Part shown: positions 9,821 through 17,452 of the stretch, one piece after another | Layout: each line of letters opens with the position of its first letter | Position numbering within the stretch: position 1 is the first letter of the stretch | NCBI GenBank assembly: GCA_017882945.1 | Contig: JADGON010000175.1 | Span: 1 to 32,273 of the forward strand | Length of the DNA: 32,273 nt | Reading direction: 5' to 3' | Source of the DNA: Acidimicrobiia bacterium | GTDB taxonomy: Bacteria; Actinomycetota; Acidimicrobiia; IMCC26256; JAENVU01 | Position numbers and translations under genes: made by a program | Notes under the pieces: generated by a model | The model's input: the letters and a program-made list of their open reading frames with translations, nothing else | What the model was told of the DNA's origin: nothing | Database searches by the model: none

Positions 9821-11637
9821 GGCGCGGGGATGGTCACGCGACCCGTCGCCAGCGCCGCGACCTCCGCCGCTTCGAGCTGCTGCTCGATGATGTTCAGGCC
9901 GCCGTCCCAGAACGCCGGGTCGGTGAGGTCCACGCCGACGATCCGGCCCAGCTCCTCGGGTGGGAGCGAGCCACCGCGAGCAAGGAGCTCCAGGTACGAG
10001 CCCACGAAACCCTCACCCTGCTCCTGGTACTGGCGGTACACGGAAAGCGCGAGCAGCTGGCCGTACGCGTACGCGTAGACGTAGCCGGGCGTGCCGATGA
10101 AATGCGGCACGTAGGACCACCAGGTGCCGTAGCCCTCCGTGATCTCCACCGAATCGCCGAGCATCGCGGCCTGGCTCTCGGTCCAGTACCGATTGAAGTC
10201 GTCGACGCTCAGCTCGCCCTGCTCGCGGCGCGCGGTATGGACCGCGTTCTCGAAGCGGTTCATCGCGATCTGGCGGAACACCGTCGCGATCTGACCTTCG
10301 AGGCTCTCGGCCAGCAGCGTGAGGCGAGCCTCGGGCTCTTCGGTCGCGTTCAACAGCCGCCCGAACGTGACGGTCTCGCCGAACACCGACGCGGTCTCGG
10401 CCAGGGTCAACGGGGTGCCCTGGTGGAACACGCCCTGGCCGCGCGCGAGGTACGCGTGGAGACCGTGGCCGAGCTCATGGGCCAGCGTGAGCACATCACG
10501 GCGGCGCGAGGTCCAGTTCAGCAACAGGAACGGGTGCTGAGACGGCACGGTGTACGCACAGAACGCGCCGGGCCGCTTCCCCGGCCGCATCGGCGCGTCG
10601 ATCCAATGCTCGTTGAAGAACCGCTGAGCGACGTCCGCGAGCTCCGGTGAGAACGACGCGTACGCGTCGAGCACCAGGCTGCGCGCTTCGTCCCAGCCGA
10701 AGGACGCGTCCGCCGTCGCGACGGAGGCCATCCGGTCGTAGTCGGCGAGTCGCTCGATGCCGAGCAGCTGGGCCTTGAGCGAGTACCACCGCTGCGGGAT
10801 GTCGTGGCGGGCCTGCACCGCGTCAACTAGTGCCTGCACGGACTCGTCGCTCGCCTCGTTCGCGAGATTCCGGCTCGCGATCCAGTCGGGGTACGAGCGG
10901 AGCCGGTCTTCGGTCGACTTGTCCGCGAGCAGGGTGTTGAACACGAACGCGCGTGTGCGCAGACCGGGCGCGAGACCCTCCGTGACCGCAGCCGCCGCCC
11001 GCTGGCGCAGCGCGCGGTCGGGCGACGCGAGCAAGGACAGTCCCTGCTCGAGCGCGACCGTCTCACCGTCGAGGTGAAGCGTGATGGTGGACGTCAGCTC
11101 GTCGAAGAGTCGCGACCACGCGCTCGAACCCGTGACGTCCTTCTCGGCCAGGATCTTCTCCTCGGGCTCCGAGAGCAGGTGCGGCCGGTACCGGCGGGCC
11201 GAACGGAGATAGTGGCGGACGAACGCGAGGCGATCGTCGGCGAGCAGCTCGTCCACCCGCTCGTCGGGCAGCGCCGCCCACTCGAGCTCGAAGAAGAGCA
11301 CCCGGGTGTTGATCGCAGTCCCCCGCTCCTCCACCCGTTGCATCAGCGCACCGAGCTCGGGATCGGTCGTGTTCACCGCGAACCGCAACCCAGCGTACGA
11401 GCCGGCCCGGCCGAGCAGCTCCGCGAGCTCCGCCGATTCGTGCATCACCTCGGCGAGCCCCGCGGCGTCGAGATCGGCCACCCGGCCCCGGCGCGTCTCG
11501 ATGCCCGCGGCCAACGCGTCGGCGGCGTCGAGCGCGGCATCCACGCCCGCGGCCCCGCGCCCGTCGACGAGCGGCTCGAGATCCCAGGCGACGTCCGCCG
11601 CGGAGTGGTCAGCGGTCTCGGTCGAAGTTGAAGTCAT
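9817..11637 (-). CDS. pepF: M3B family oligoendopeptidase F-like metallopeptidase
   Basis: 606 aa with the zinc motif HELGHGLH. The size and layout are typical of PepF-type oligoendopeptidases. Confidence 0.8.
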   Translation of the reverse strand: MTSTSTETADHSAADVAWDLEPLVDGRGAAGVDAALDAADALAAGIETRRGRVADLDAAGLAEVMHESAELAELLGRAGSYAGLRFAVNTTDPELGALMQRVEERGTAINTRVLFFELEWAALPDERVDELLADDRLAFVRHYLRSARRYRPHLLSEPEEKILAEKDVTGSSAWSRLFDELTSTITLHLDGETVALEQGLSLLASPDRALRQRAAAAVTEGLAPGLRTRAFVFNTLLADKSTEDRLRSYPDWIASRNLANEASDESVQALVDAVQARHDIPQRWYSLKAQLLGIERLADYDRMASVATADASFGWDEARSLVLDAYASFSPELADVAQRFFNEHWIDAPMRPGKRPGAFCAYTVPSQHPFLLLNWTSRRRDVLTLAHELGHGLHAYLARGQGVFHQGTPLTLAETASVFGETVTFGRLLNATEEPEARLTLLAESLEGQIATVFRQIAMNRFENAVHTARREQGELSVDDFNRYWTESQAAMLGDSVEITEGYGTWWSYVPHFIGTPGYVYAYAYGQLLALSVYRQYQEQGEGFVGSYLELLARGGSLPPEELGRIVGVDLTDPAFWDGGLNIIEQQLEAAEVAALATGRVTIPAP

Positions 11638-11646
11638 GGCCCAACC

Positions 11647-13953
11647 CTAGGGCGCGAGCGCCTCGGGAAGACTCTCCGAGTGGACGACGGCCAGCGTCCG
11701 CGTCGCGCGGGTGAGAGTCACGTAGAGCAGGCGCAGGCCGGCGGAGTCGGGGGTCACGAGCCGCGCCGGCTCGACCACGATCACATGGTCGAATTCGAGG
11801 CCCTTCGCGTCGGTGGGAACCAGGACGCCGATCGGCGCGTCGAGTGCATCGGCGGTATCGGCCACCGCTCCGATGTCCGCGAGTGCGTCGGTGATCGCGG
11901 TGTGCAGCTCGACGGGTGCGATCACCGCAACCGTTCCGCCCTCTCCGAACGCCGCACGCGCCGCCTGCTCCGCGCCGGCGACCAGATCGTCCACCCGGGT
12001 GAAGCGCGGCGGGAGCCCGGTCCGGCGCACGGATTGCGTCGGCTCGACCCCTGGCGCCGCGACGGCGAGCAGCCGGCTGGCCAGGTCCATGATCTCGGCC
12101 GGCGTGCGGTAGTTGACGGTGAGCGTGACGCGGCGGGGCGCGTCGTAGCTCGGCAGCAGGCCGAGGACCTCGTCCCAGCCCGCGGCCGCCCCGGGTCGGC
12201 TCGCCTGCCCGAAGTCGCCGACGATGGTCATCGACCCGGTCGGGCATCGCCGGGCCAGCATGCGCCACTGCATCGGTGTGAGGTCCTGGGCCTCGTCGAC
12301 CAGGACGTGACCGAACGTGCGGAGCTCGGGGATTGCCTCGTCGACGCGACCGGAGCCGTCGCGGTAGCGCTCCGCCAGCGCGGACGCAGTCGTGTACCCA
12401 CCGAGCCCGTACTCGCGCACCACGCTCTGCGCGGCCTCCAGTGCTTCACGGTCCGCCTCCGAACGGCGGGCACTGCGGCGCGGCCGCGCCGCCTCGACAG
12501 GCCCGAGCAACGCGTCCGCCTCGTCGACGAGTGCCACATCTGCTTCCGTCCACGGCACGTCGCGGATGCTCGCCGACCGCTCCCGGAACAACGAGCGCTG
12601 CTCCTCGCGGGTCAGCACCCCGTCCGATGCGGACCGGATGAGCGCGTCGAAGCTGAACAGATCGTGGACGAGCTCCGGACCGGTCAGGACCGGCCACATG
12701 CGTTCGAGCAGCTTGCGCACTTCGGGATGGCGACGCAGGCGACCGGTCAGCTCACGCTCCCACTCGCGCGGCGGAGCCTCGCCGCGCGAGAGCTGCGCCG
12801 CGACCTGCGGGTCGTAGTCGGCTTCCTCCCCGATGCTGAAGAGGTCCGGCACCTCGCGGTGAGTGCGAGCCAGCGCGGCGCGGTACTGCGCGACGAGCCG
12901 GTCGAGCAACATCCGCTCCACCATCGGCCGGTGTGCGTTGTGCGTCGCGCGCCGACGCTTCACCCGCTCGAGGAGCCGGCGACAGTCGCGGCGCGAGATG
13001 CGGAGCCGCAGCCCGTCGATCGGGATCTCGACGTCGTGGCGCGGCGGCCGTTCACGGTCGCCGAGCGCGCGACGCAGGACGGTGACCATCCGGATGTCGG
13101 CCTTCAGCGCGGCCACCGCCGGCGAATCGAGCCGGCGCGCCTCGAGCCCGGGCTTGAGGCCACTGACCGTCGCGAGCTGGACCTCGTGCTCCCCCAGCGA
13201 CGGGAGCACCTGCTCGATGTAGCGCAGGAACACCGAGCTCGGGCCCACCAGCAGCACGCCCTGGGTGCCGAGTCGCTGGCGGAACGTATAGAGGAGGTAC
13301 GCGGCGCGGTGCAGCGCCACCGCGGTCTTCCCGGTGCCGGGCCCGCCGGCGACGACGAGCACGCCCGGCAGCTCGGCTCGGACCGCGGAGTCCTGCTCGG
13401 CCTGGATGGTCGCGACGATGTCGGCCATGCGTCCGGTCCGCTTGCGTTCGAGCGCGGCGAGGAGCGCCCCCTCGCCGAGCACGGTGAGCCCGGCGGCCTC
13501 GACGGCTTCGGGATCGAACACCTCGTCGTCCAGCCCGATGACCTCGCGGCCGTTCTTGGTGAGGAGATGCCGGCGGCGCAGGACGCCCATCGGATCGAGG
13601 GCCGTCGCGCGGTAGAAGGGCTCGGCCACCGGAGCGCGCCAGTCGATGACGAGCGGCGTGCGCTCCGCATCGTCGACCGCGAGGCGGCCGACATAGAACT
13701 GCGTGTCGTCGGTACGGTCGATCCGCCCGAAGCACAGGGGCGTGTCGCCGATGTCCAGCGCGGCCAGCCGGCGGTGGGTGGTCTCGACCGCGATGTCCCG
13801 TTCGAGCCGCGCCTGGTGCGTGCCGCCCGCGCGCACGTCGCCGTACGCCGCCGCGACCCGTTCGGCTGACTCGCGCATGGCTTCGAGGCGGTCATAGACC
13901 GCGTCGAGGTACGCCTGCTCGGCAGCAATCTCGGGATCGGAACGGTCGGACAA
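11647..13953 (-). CDS. helD: HelD-like UvrD/Rep superfamily 1 helicase (RNA polymerase-associated ATPase type)
   Basis: 768 aa. It has the N-terminal coiled-coil-like AEQAYLDAVYDRLEAMRE, the IDWRAPVAEPFYRAT motif typical of HelD, Walker A GGPGTGKTAVALHRAAYLLY, LVDEAQDL, and the C-terminal GLEFDHVIVVEP / LYVTLTRAT. The apparent start is TTG, with GGAG 6 nt upstream. Confidence 0.8.
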   Translation of the reverse strand: MSDRSDPEIAAEQAYLDAVYDRLEAMRESAERVAAAYGDVRAGGTHQARLERDIAVETTHRRLAALDIGDTPLCFGRIDRTDDTQFYVGRLAVDDAERTPLVIDWRAPVAEPFYRATALDPMGVLRRRHLLTKNGREVIGLDDEVFDPEAVEAAGLTVLGEGALLAALERKRTGRMADIVATIQAEQDSAVRAELPGVLVVAGGPGTGKTAVALHRAAYLLYTFRQRLGTQGVLLVGPSSVFLRYIEQVLPSLGEHEVQLATVSGLKPGLEARRLDSPAVAALKADIRMVTVLRRALGDRERPPRHDVEIPIDGLRLRISRRDCRRLLERVKRRRATHNAHRPMVERMLLDRLVAQYRAALARTHREVPDLFSIGEEADYDPQVAAQLSRGEAPPREWERELTGRLRRHPEVRKLLERMWPVLTGPELVHDLFSFDALIRSASDGVLTREEQRSLFRERSASIRDVPWTEADVALVDEADALLGPVEAARPRRSARRSEADREALEAAQSVVREYGLGGYTTASALAERYRDGSGRVDEAIPELRTFGHVLVDEAQDLTPMQWRMLARRCPTGSMTIVGDFGQASRPGAAAGWDEVLGLLPSYDAPRRVTLTVNYRTPAEIMDLASRLLAVAAPGVEPTQSVRRTGLPPRFTRVDDLVAGAEQAARAAFGEGGTVAVIAPVELHTAITDALADIGAVADTADALDAPIGVLVPTDAKGLEFDHVIVVEPARLVTPDSAGLRLLYVTLTRATRTLAVVHSESLPEALAP

Positions 13954-13996
13954 CGCGACTCCGAGCGTCGGGGGACCAAAGAGTCTACGTGGTTCT

Positions 13997-14055
13997 TCGA
14001 GGATTTCCGGAGGGCGATCACCGGACCGCGGTCCGGAGCCTTCCGGTGGCCGACC
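13997..14055. repeat. Third, diverged copy of the REP-like element seen at 1-132
   Basis: Hand alignment of 13997-14055 to 65-126 gives about 47/59 identities with one 3-nt gap, including collinear exact blocks tcgaggat, ccggag, cgatc and gaccgcggtc. The hairpin arms are retained: ccggagggc (14007-14015) pairs with gccttccgg (14038-14046) with one G-T. These arms enclose the perfect 16-bp palindrome ccggaccgcggtccgg (14021-14036). Confidence 0.7.
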
Positions 14056-14116
14056 GCTGGAGGGCGCCTGGCAATCTCGGCCGATCGGTCGCCCTCCGGA
14101 GATACGAGAAGGCGCG

Positions 14117-14749
14117 TCACATCTGACGGGGGGTCGTCACCTCGACGTCGTCGGGATCGAGGAGCAGCACCCGCTCGCCGAGCACCAGCCCGTCGTCGCC
14201 CCGGAAGAGCTCACGTGCGCCCAGGTTCGGCACCGGTGGGGCGTCGCCCGCGGCGAGGTGGCGCTCGAGCGCCCGGATCAAGCCGCCGTGGGTCACCACG
14301 AGCACCGAGTCGGCTCCGCCATCGGCGCCGATCGCGTCGATCACCTCCAGCGCCCGTCCGGTCACCGCATCGTCGTGCTCGAACCCGGGCGGTCGGCGGC
14401 GGTCGGCCAGGTAGCCGGGCCACGCTTCCTCGATCTCGACCCGGGTCAGCCCGGTCCATCCACCGGCGTCCCGTTCCATCAGCCGGGGATCCAGGACCAC
14501 CTCGAGCCCGACGCCCCGGCCGATGATCTCCGCGGTCTGACGGGCCCGCTGCAACGGTGACGCCCAGATCCGGCCGACGCGCAGGCCCGATCCGGCCCGC
14601 GCGTGCAGCACGGTCACGACGTCTCCGGCCTGGCGCTCCCCCAGCTCCGACAGCGGCGGGTCCGCCTGGCCCTGCCAGCGCCCGGCCGCGTTCCAGGTGG
14701 ACTGACCGTGCCGGGCGAGCAGGATGCGCGAGGGCAGAGGTTCGGTCAC
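14117..14749 (-). CDS. Histidine phosphatase family protein (phosphoglycerate mutase-like)
   Basis: I take the GTG at 14749 as the start (VTEPLPSRILLARHGQSTWN...). The 210-aa product has the RHGQS catalytic-His motif, ...SPLQRARQTA..., and the C-terminal VVTHGGLIRAL second-His motif. The upstream part of the 391-aa track ORF is an out-of-frame artefact. Confidence 0.85.
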   Translation of the reverse strand: MTEPLPSRILLARHGQSTWNAAGRWQGQADPPLSELGERQAGDVVTVLHARAGSGLRVGRIWASPLQRARQTAEIIGRGVGLEVVLDPRLMERDAGGWTGLTRVEIEEAWPGYLADRRRPPGFEHDDAVTGRALEVIDAIGADGGADSVLVVTHGGLIRALERHLAAGDAPPVPNLGARELFRGDDGLVLGERVLLLDPDDVEVTTPRQM

Positions 14750-15207
14750 CGCGGGGATTCGCCGGCATCGACGAGCTCGAACTCGCCGTTCCGGTAGACC
14801 AGCGCGGCCGGGCGCCCTTCCAACGGCGGCCGGAGCCCACCCCGCGCCGGGTCCATGTAGACCCGGACCGTGCGCTTGCCCGAGGCCGTCGGCAGCGTGA
14901 CCCGGTCCGAGGCCGGCCACTTCACCGAAGCCGGCGGCAGGACGAGCGACTGGTAGGTGCCGAACTTCTGGCGGGTGAGCGACGCCTCGACCCGCGCCAC
15001 CGCCGGCGCGACGAAGGCGGCCGGCAGCTTGAAGCGGTCGAGCTCCTCTTTCACGGCAGCCCGCAACGCAGCCTTGCCGGAGATCCCCTGCTCGAGCGCT
15101 CGCGTCCGCGCCAGGTTCGACGCCTTGTTGACCCGCTCGAGGGTCGCGGCGAGGAGATCGTGCTGGTCGGGATCGGGGAGCAGGCGGACGCTGACGGGGG
15201 AAGCCAT
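14746..15207 (-). CDS. Hypothetical 153-aa protein resembling only the N-terminal (pre-RuvC) part of TnpB/IS605-OrfB; no nuclease or zinc-finger part
   Basis: The gene runs from the ATG at 15207 to a TGA overlapping the phosphatase GTG (GTGA, 14746-14749). GC3 is very high, like neighbouring genuine genes. The N-terminus VSVRLLPDPDQHDLLAATLERVNKASN follows the TnpB/OrfB N-terminal pattern (RLyP...Q..L...tL.......N). It is followed by LPAAFVAPAVARVEASL and a beta-rich segment ending AALVYRNGEFELV. This is a recognition-based call, not a search result. Confidence 0.45.
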   Translation of the reverse strand: MASPVSVRLLPDPDQHDLLAATLERVNKASNLARTRALEQGISGKAALRAAVKEELDRFKLPAAFVAPAVARVEASLTRQKFGTYQSLVLPPASVKWPASDRVTLPTASGKRTVRVYMDPARGGLRPPLEGRPAALVYRNGEFELVDAGESPR

Positions 15208-15282
15208 GGCGTCGCGAGCGTGCCAGATCCGGGAGGGGTCCGGCGAGCCATTCCCCCCGCGCTGGTGTGTCAACCTGCCCGA

Positions 15283-16116
15283 ATGCGTGCACAGCTCCAC
15301 GGGCGGGTGGCGATCGTCACCGGCGCCAGTCGAGGGATCGGTGCCGCGATCGCGCAACGGCTCGCATCGGAAGGTGCTGCGGTGGCCCTCGTGGGTCGCA
15401 CGGCCACGCCGGACGAGGCCACGAATGCCGGCTCGTTGCTCGAGACCGCCGCGCGGATCGAGGCCGAGGGTGGGCGGGCGCACGTCATCGTCGCGGATCT
15501 CGCCGACGCGAGCCTCCGGCGCGACGCGATCGTCGATGACGCCCGCACCGCGCTCGGCGAGGTCGACGTGCTGGTCAACAACGCGGCGGCGTGCTTCTAC
15601 CTCCCGTACGAGCGGGTCACCGACCGCCGCTACGACGTGATGTTCGAGGTCAACGTCCACGCGCCGTGGGATCTCAGTCGCGCGGTGCTTCCCGCGATGA
15701 CCGGGCGCGGCGACGGCTGGATCCTGAACATCTCCTCGGGCGTCGCCATGCATCCGTCCGGACCGCCGTACTCCCCCTTTCACGCCGAGCAGGGCGCAAC
15801 GCTGTACGGCGCGAGCAAGGCCGCGCTCGAGCGGCTCACCACCGGGCTCGCCGCCGAGGTCTTCGCGCGGGGCGTCGCGGTCAACGCGCTCTCGCCGGTC
15901 GCGGCGGTCGCGACGCCGGGGGCCGAGGCGATGGGACTGGTCCCCGAAGACCCCCGACACGTCGAGCCGGTGGAGCAGATGGCCGAAGCCGCGCTCGCGC
16001 TGTGCACGGTCGAGCCCGGCCGGATCACGGGACGCGCGCTCACCAGCGCCGAGGTCCTCCGCGAGCTCGGCCGGTCCGTCCACACCCTCGACGGCCGAGC
16101 TCCGTACCGTCGCTAG
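15283..16116 (+). CDS. SDR family oxidoreductase
   Basis: ATG at 15283 (MRAQLHGRVAIVTGASRGIGAAIA...), 277 aa. It has the TGxxxGIG motif, the NNAA motif and YGASKAAL (YxxxK). It is divergent from the 153-aa gene across a 75-bp spacer. Confidence 0.85.
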   Translation: MRAQLHGRVAIVTGASRGIGAAIAQRLASEGAAVALVGRTATPDEATNAGSLLETAARIEAEGGRAHVIVADLADASLRRDAIVDDARTALGEVDVLVNNAAACFYLPYERVTDRRYDVMFEVNVHAPWDLSRAVLPAMTGRGDGWILNISSGVAMHPSGPPYSPFHAEQGATLYGASKAALERLTTGLAAEVFARGVAVNALSPVAAVATPGAEAMGLVPEDPRHVEPVEQMAEAALALCTVEPGRITGRALTSAEVLRELGRSVHTLDGRAPYRR

Positions 16117-16176
16117 GGTGCAGCAGGCTTCACGGCGCGCGGACAGTCGCCCGCCGGAGAACTCCAAGGAGTAGGC

Positions 16177-16629
16177 ATGGGTGCGTTCACGCGAGACGAG
16201 ATGGAGCGGGCGTACGCGCACTACCGCGCGGTGGCCGCCGAGGCCGGTGCGTCCGGCCAGTGGGACGCCTGGGCCGATCTGTTCACCGAGGACGCCGAGT
16301 ACATCGAGCACCTCTACGGCACCTTCACGGGCCGCGAGACGATCCGGCGCTGGATCACCACGACGATGGCCGAGTGGCCGAACAACGAGATGACGGAGTT
16401 CCCGGCCGAGTGGTGGGTCATCGACGAGGAACGCGGCTGGGTGGTCTGCGCGGTGTGGAACCGGATGCAGGACCTGGGCGACGGGAAGCAGCACCAGGCG
16501 ATCAACTGGTCGCTGCTGAAGTACGCGGGGAACGACCAGTGGTCCTACGAAGAGGACATCTACAACGTCAGCGAGTTCGGCGACATGATGAAGGAGTACC
16601 TCGCCGCGCGAAAGCCCACGAAGGGCTGA
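16177..16629 (+). CDS. NTF2-like / SnoaL-like superfamily protein
   Basis: 150 aa with an AAGGAG SD upstream of the ATG. The composition and pattern (...WADLFTEDAEYIEHLYGTFTGRETIRRW...) are typical of SnoaL/NTF2-fold proteins. The specific function is unknown. Confidence 0.55.
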   Translation: MGAFTRDEMERAYAHYRAVAAEAGASGQWDAWADLFTEDAEYIEHLYGTFTGRETIRRWITTTMAEWPNNEMTEFPAEWWVIDEERGWVVCAVWNRMQDLGDGKQHQAINWSLLKYAGNDQWSYEEDIYNVSEFGDMMKEYLAARKPTKG

Positions 16630-16633
16630 CGGC

Positions 16634-17452
16634 TCAGGACTTGATGTCCTTGCGGTGGAACCACCACCACGCGATGCCGCAGAACACGATCACGTACGGC
16701 ACCTGCAACAAGATGCTGCGCCACATGTCGTCTGTGAACTTGTTGCTCGCGAACAGGTCGCTCCACGCGTCGTAGTACTGGACCGGGAGCCCGTAGCGGA
16801 TCGAGCCGAGTGAATCGATCTGGCCGAGGATGAGCGAGACGATGTAGAGCCCGACGGCGCCGAAGATCGCGCCGGCCGAGGAGTCGGTCATCGTCGAGAG
16901 CATGAACGCGAACGCGACGATCGCCGCAAGACCCCAGGTGATGAGCACGATGGCGAGCGCGAGGTTGCCCAGGATGTCACCGGTCGACTGCGACAGGCCT
17001 GGGATCGGAATGGTGATCGGGTCCCAACCGAACGCGATCACTCCGGCGACCAGGCCCGACAGCGCGACCAGCGCCGTCGACGCCACCGCGAACACCGCGG
17101 CCACGAACAACTTGGCCGTGAGCAGCCGTCCGCGCGACACCGGCCGCACGAGGAGGTAGCGGAGGTTGCCCCAACCGGCTTCGCTCGCCACCGCGTCGCC
17201 GGCGAACATGCAGATCACCACGACGAGGAAGAAGCCACTCATCACCCTCAGGGCCGCCACAGGGAGGAAGAGCCCGCTCTGGGTCGCGAGATAGAAGTAG
17301 CGGGCGCCTTCGCGACCGCGCGAGAGGTCGGGCGGGTTGAGCTTGAGCGCGACGGCGATGATGATCGGGACGACGGCAAGGAAGCCGAGGGCGACCCAGG
17401 TGCGGGGGCGCAGCGCCTGCTTCTTCAGCTCGGTGCCGATGAGCCGCACCAT
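16634..17452 (-). CDS. ABC-2 type transporter permease
   Basis: I take the ATG at 17452 as the start (MVRLIGTELKKQALRPRTWVALGFLAVVPIII...). The 272-aa product has about 6 hydrophobic helices. Its start overlaps the stop of the upstream ATPase (ATGA). Confidence 0.75.
   Translation of the reverse strand: MVRLIGTELKKQALRPRTWVALGFLAVVPIIIAVALKLNPPDLSRGREGARYFYLATQSGLFLPVAALRVMSGFFLVVVICMFAGDAVASEAGWGNLRYLLVRPVSRGRLLTAKLFVAAVFAVASTALVALSGLVAGVIAFGWDPITIPIPGLSQSTGDILGNLALAIVLITWGLAAIVAFAFMLSTMTDSSAGAIFGAVGLYIVSLILGQIDSLGSIRYGLPVQYYDAWSDLFASNKFTDDMWRSILLQVPYVIVFCGIAWWWFHRKDIKS

Noticed and set aside
14021-14036. The 16-bp palindrome ccggaccgcggtccgg as the rifamycin-associated element upstream of helR-type genes
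   Set aside because: I cannot reliably recall the RAE consensus and so cannot claim a match. The palindrome is also part of a dispersed repeat found at an unrelated locus (1-132), which argues for a REP-like origin.
14746-15207. The 153-aa protein as an RNase H domain, by analogy with actinobacterial RNase H-histidine phosphatase (CobC-like) fusion proteins
   Set aside because: The sequence lacks the RNase HI pattern (N-terminal DGG/DGS...NPGPAG, the E and D catalytic residues in the expected order). The N-terminal pattern fits TnpB/OrfB much better.
14750-16494. Upstream extensions of track ORFs 14117-15292 and 14746-16494; likewise 17453-18082 for the permease ORF
   Set aside because: The extensions overlap better-supported genes in other frames or strands and translate to Arg/Gly/Pro-rich junk. 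Internal starts (14749 GTG, 15207 ATG, 17452 ATG) coincide with the onset of family-like sequence and with ATGA/GTGA coupling.
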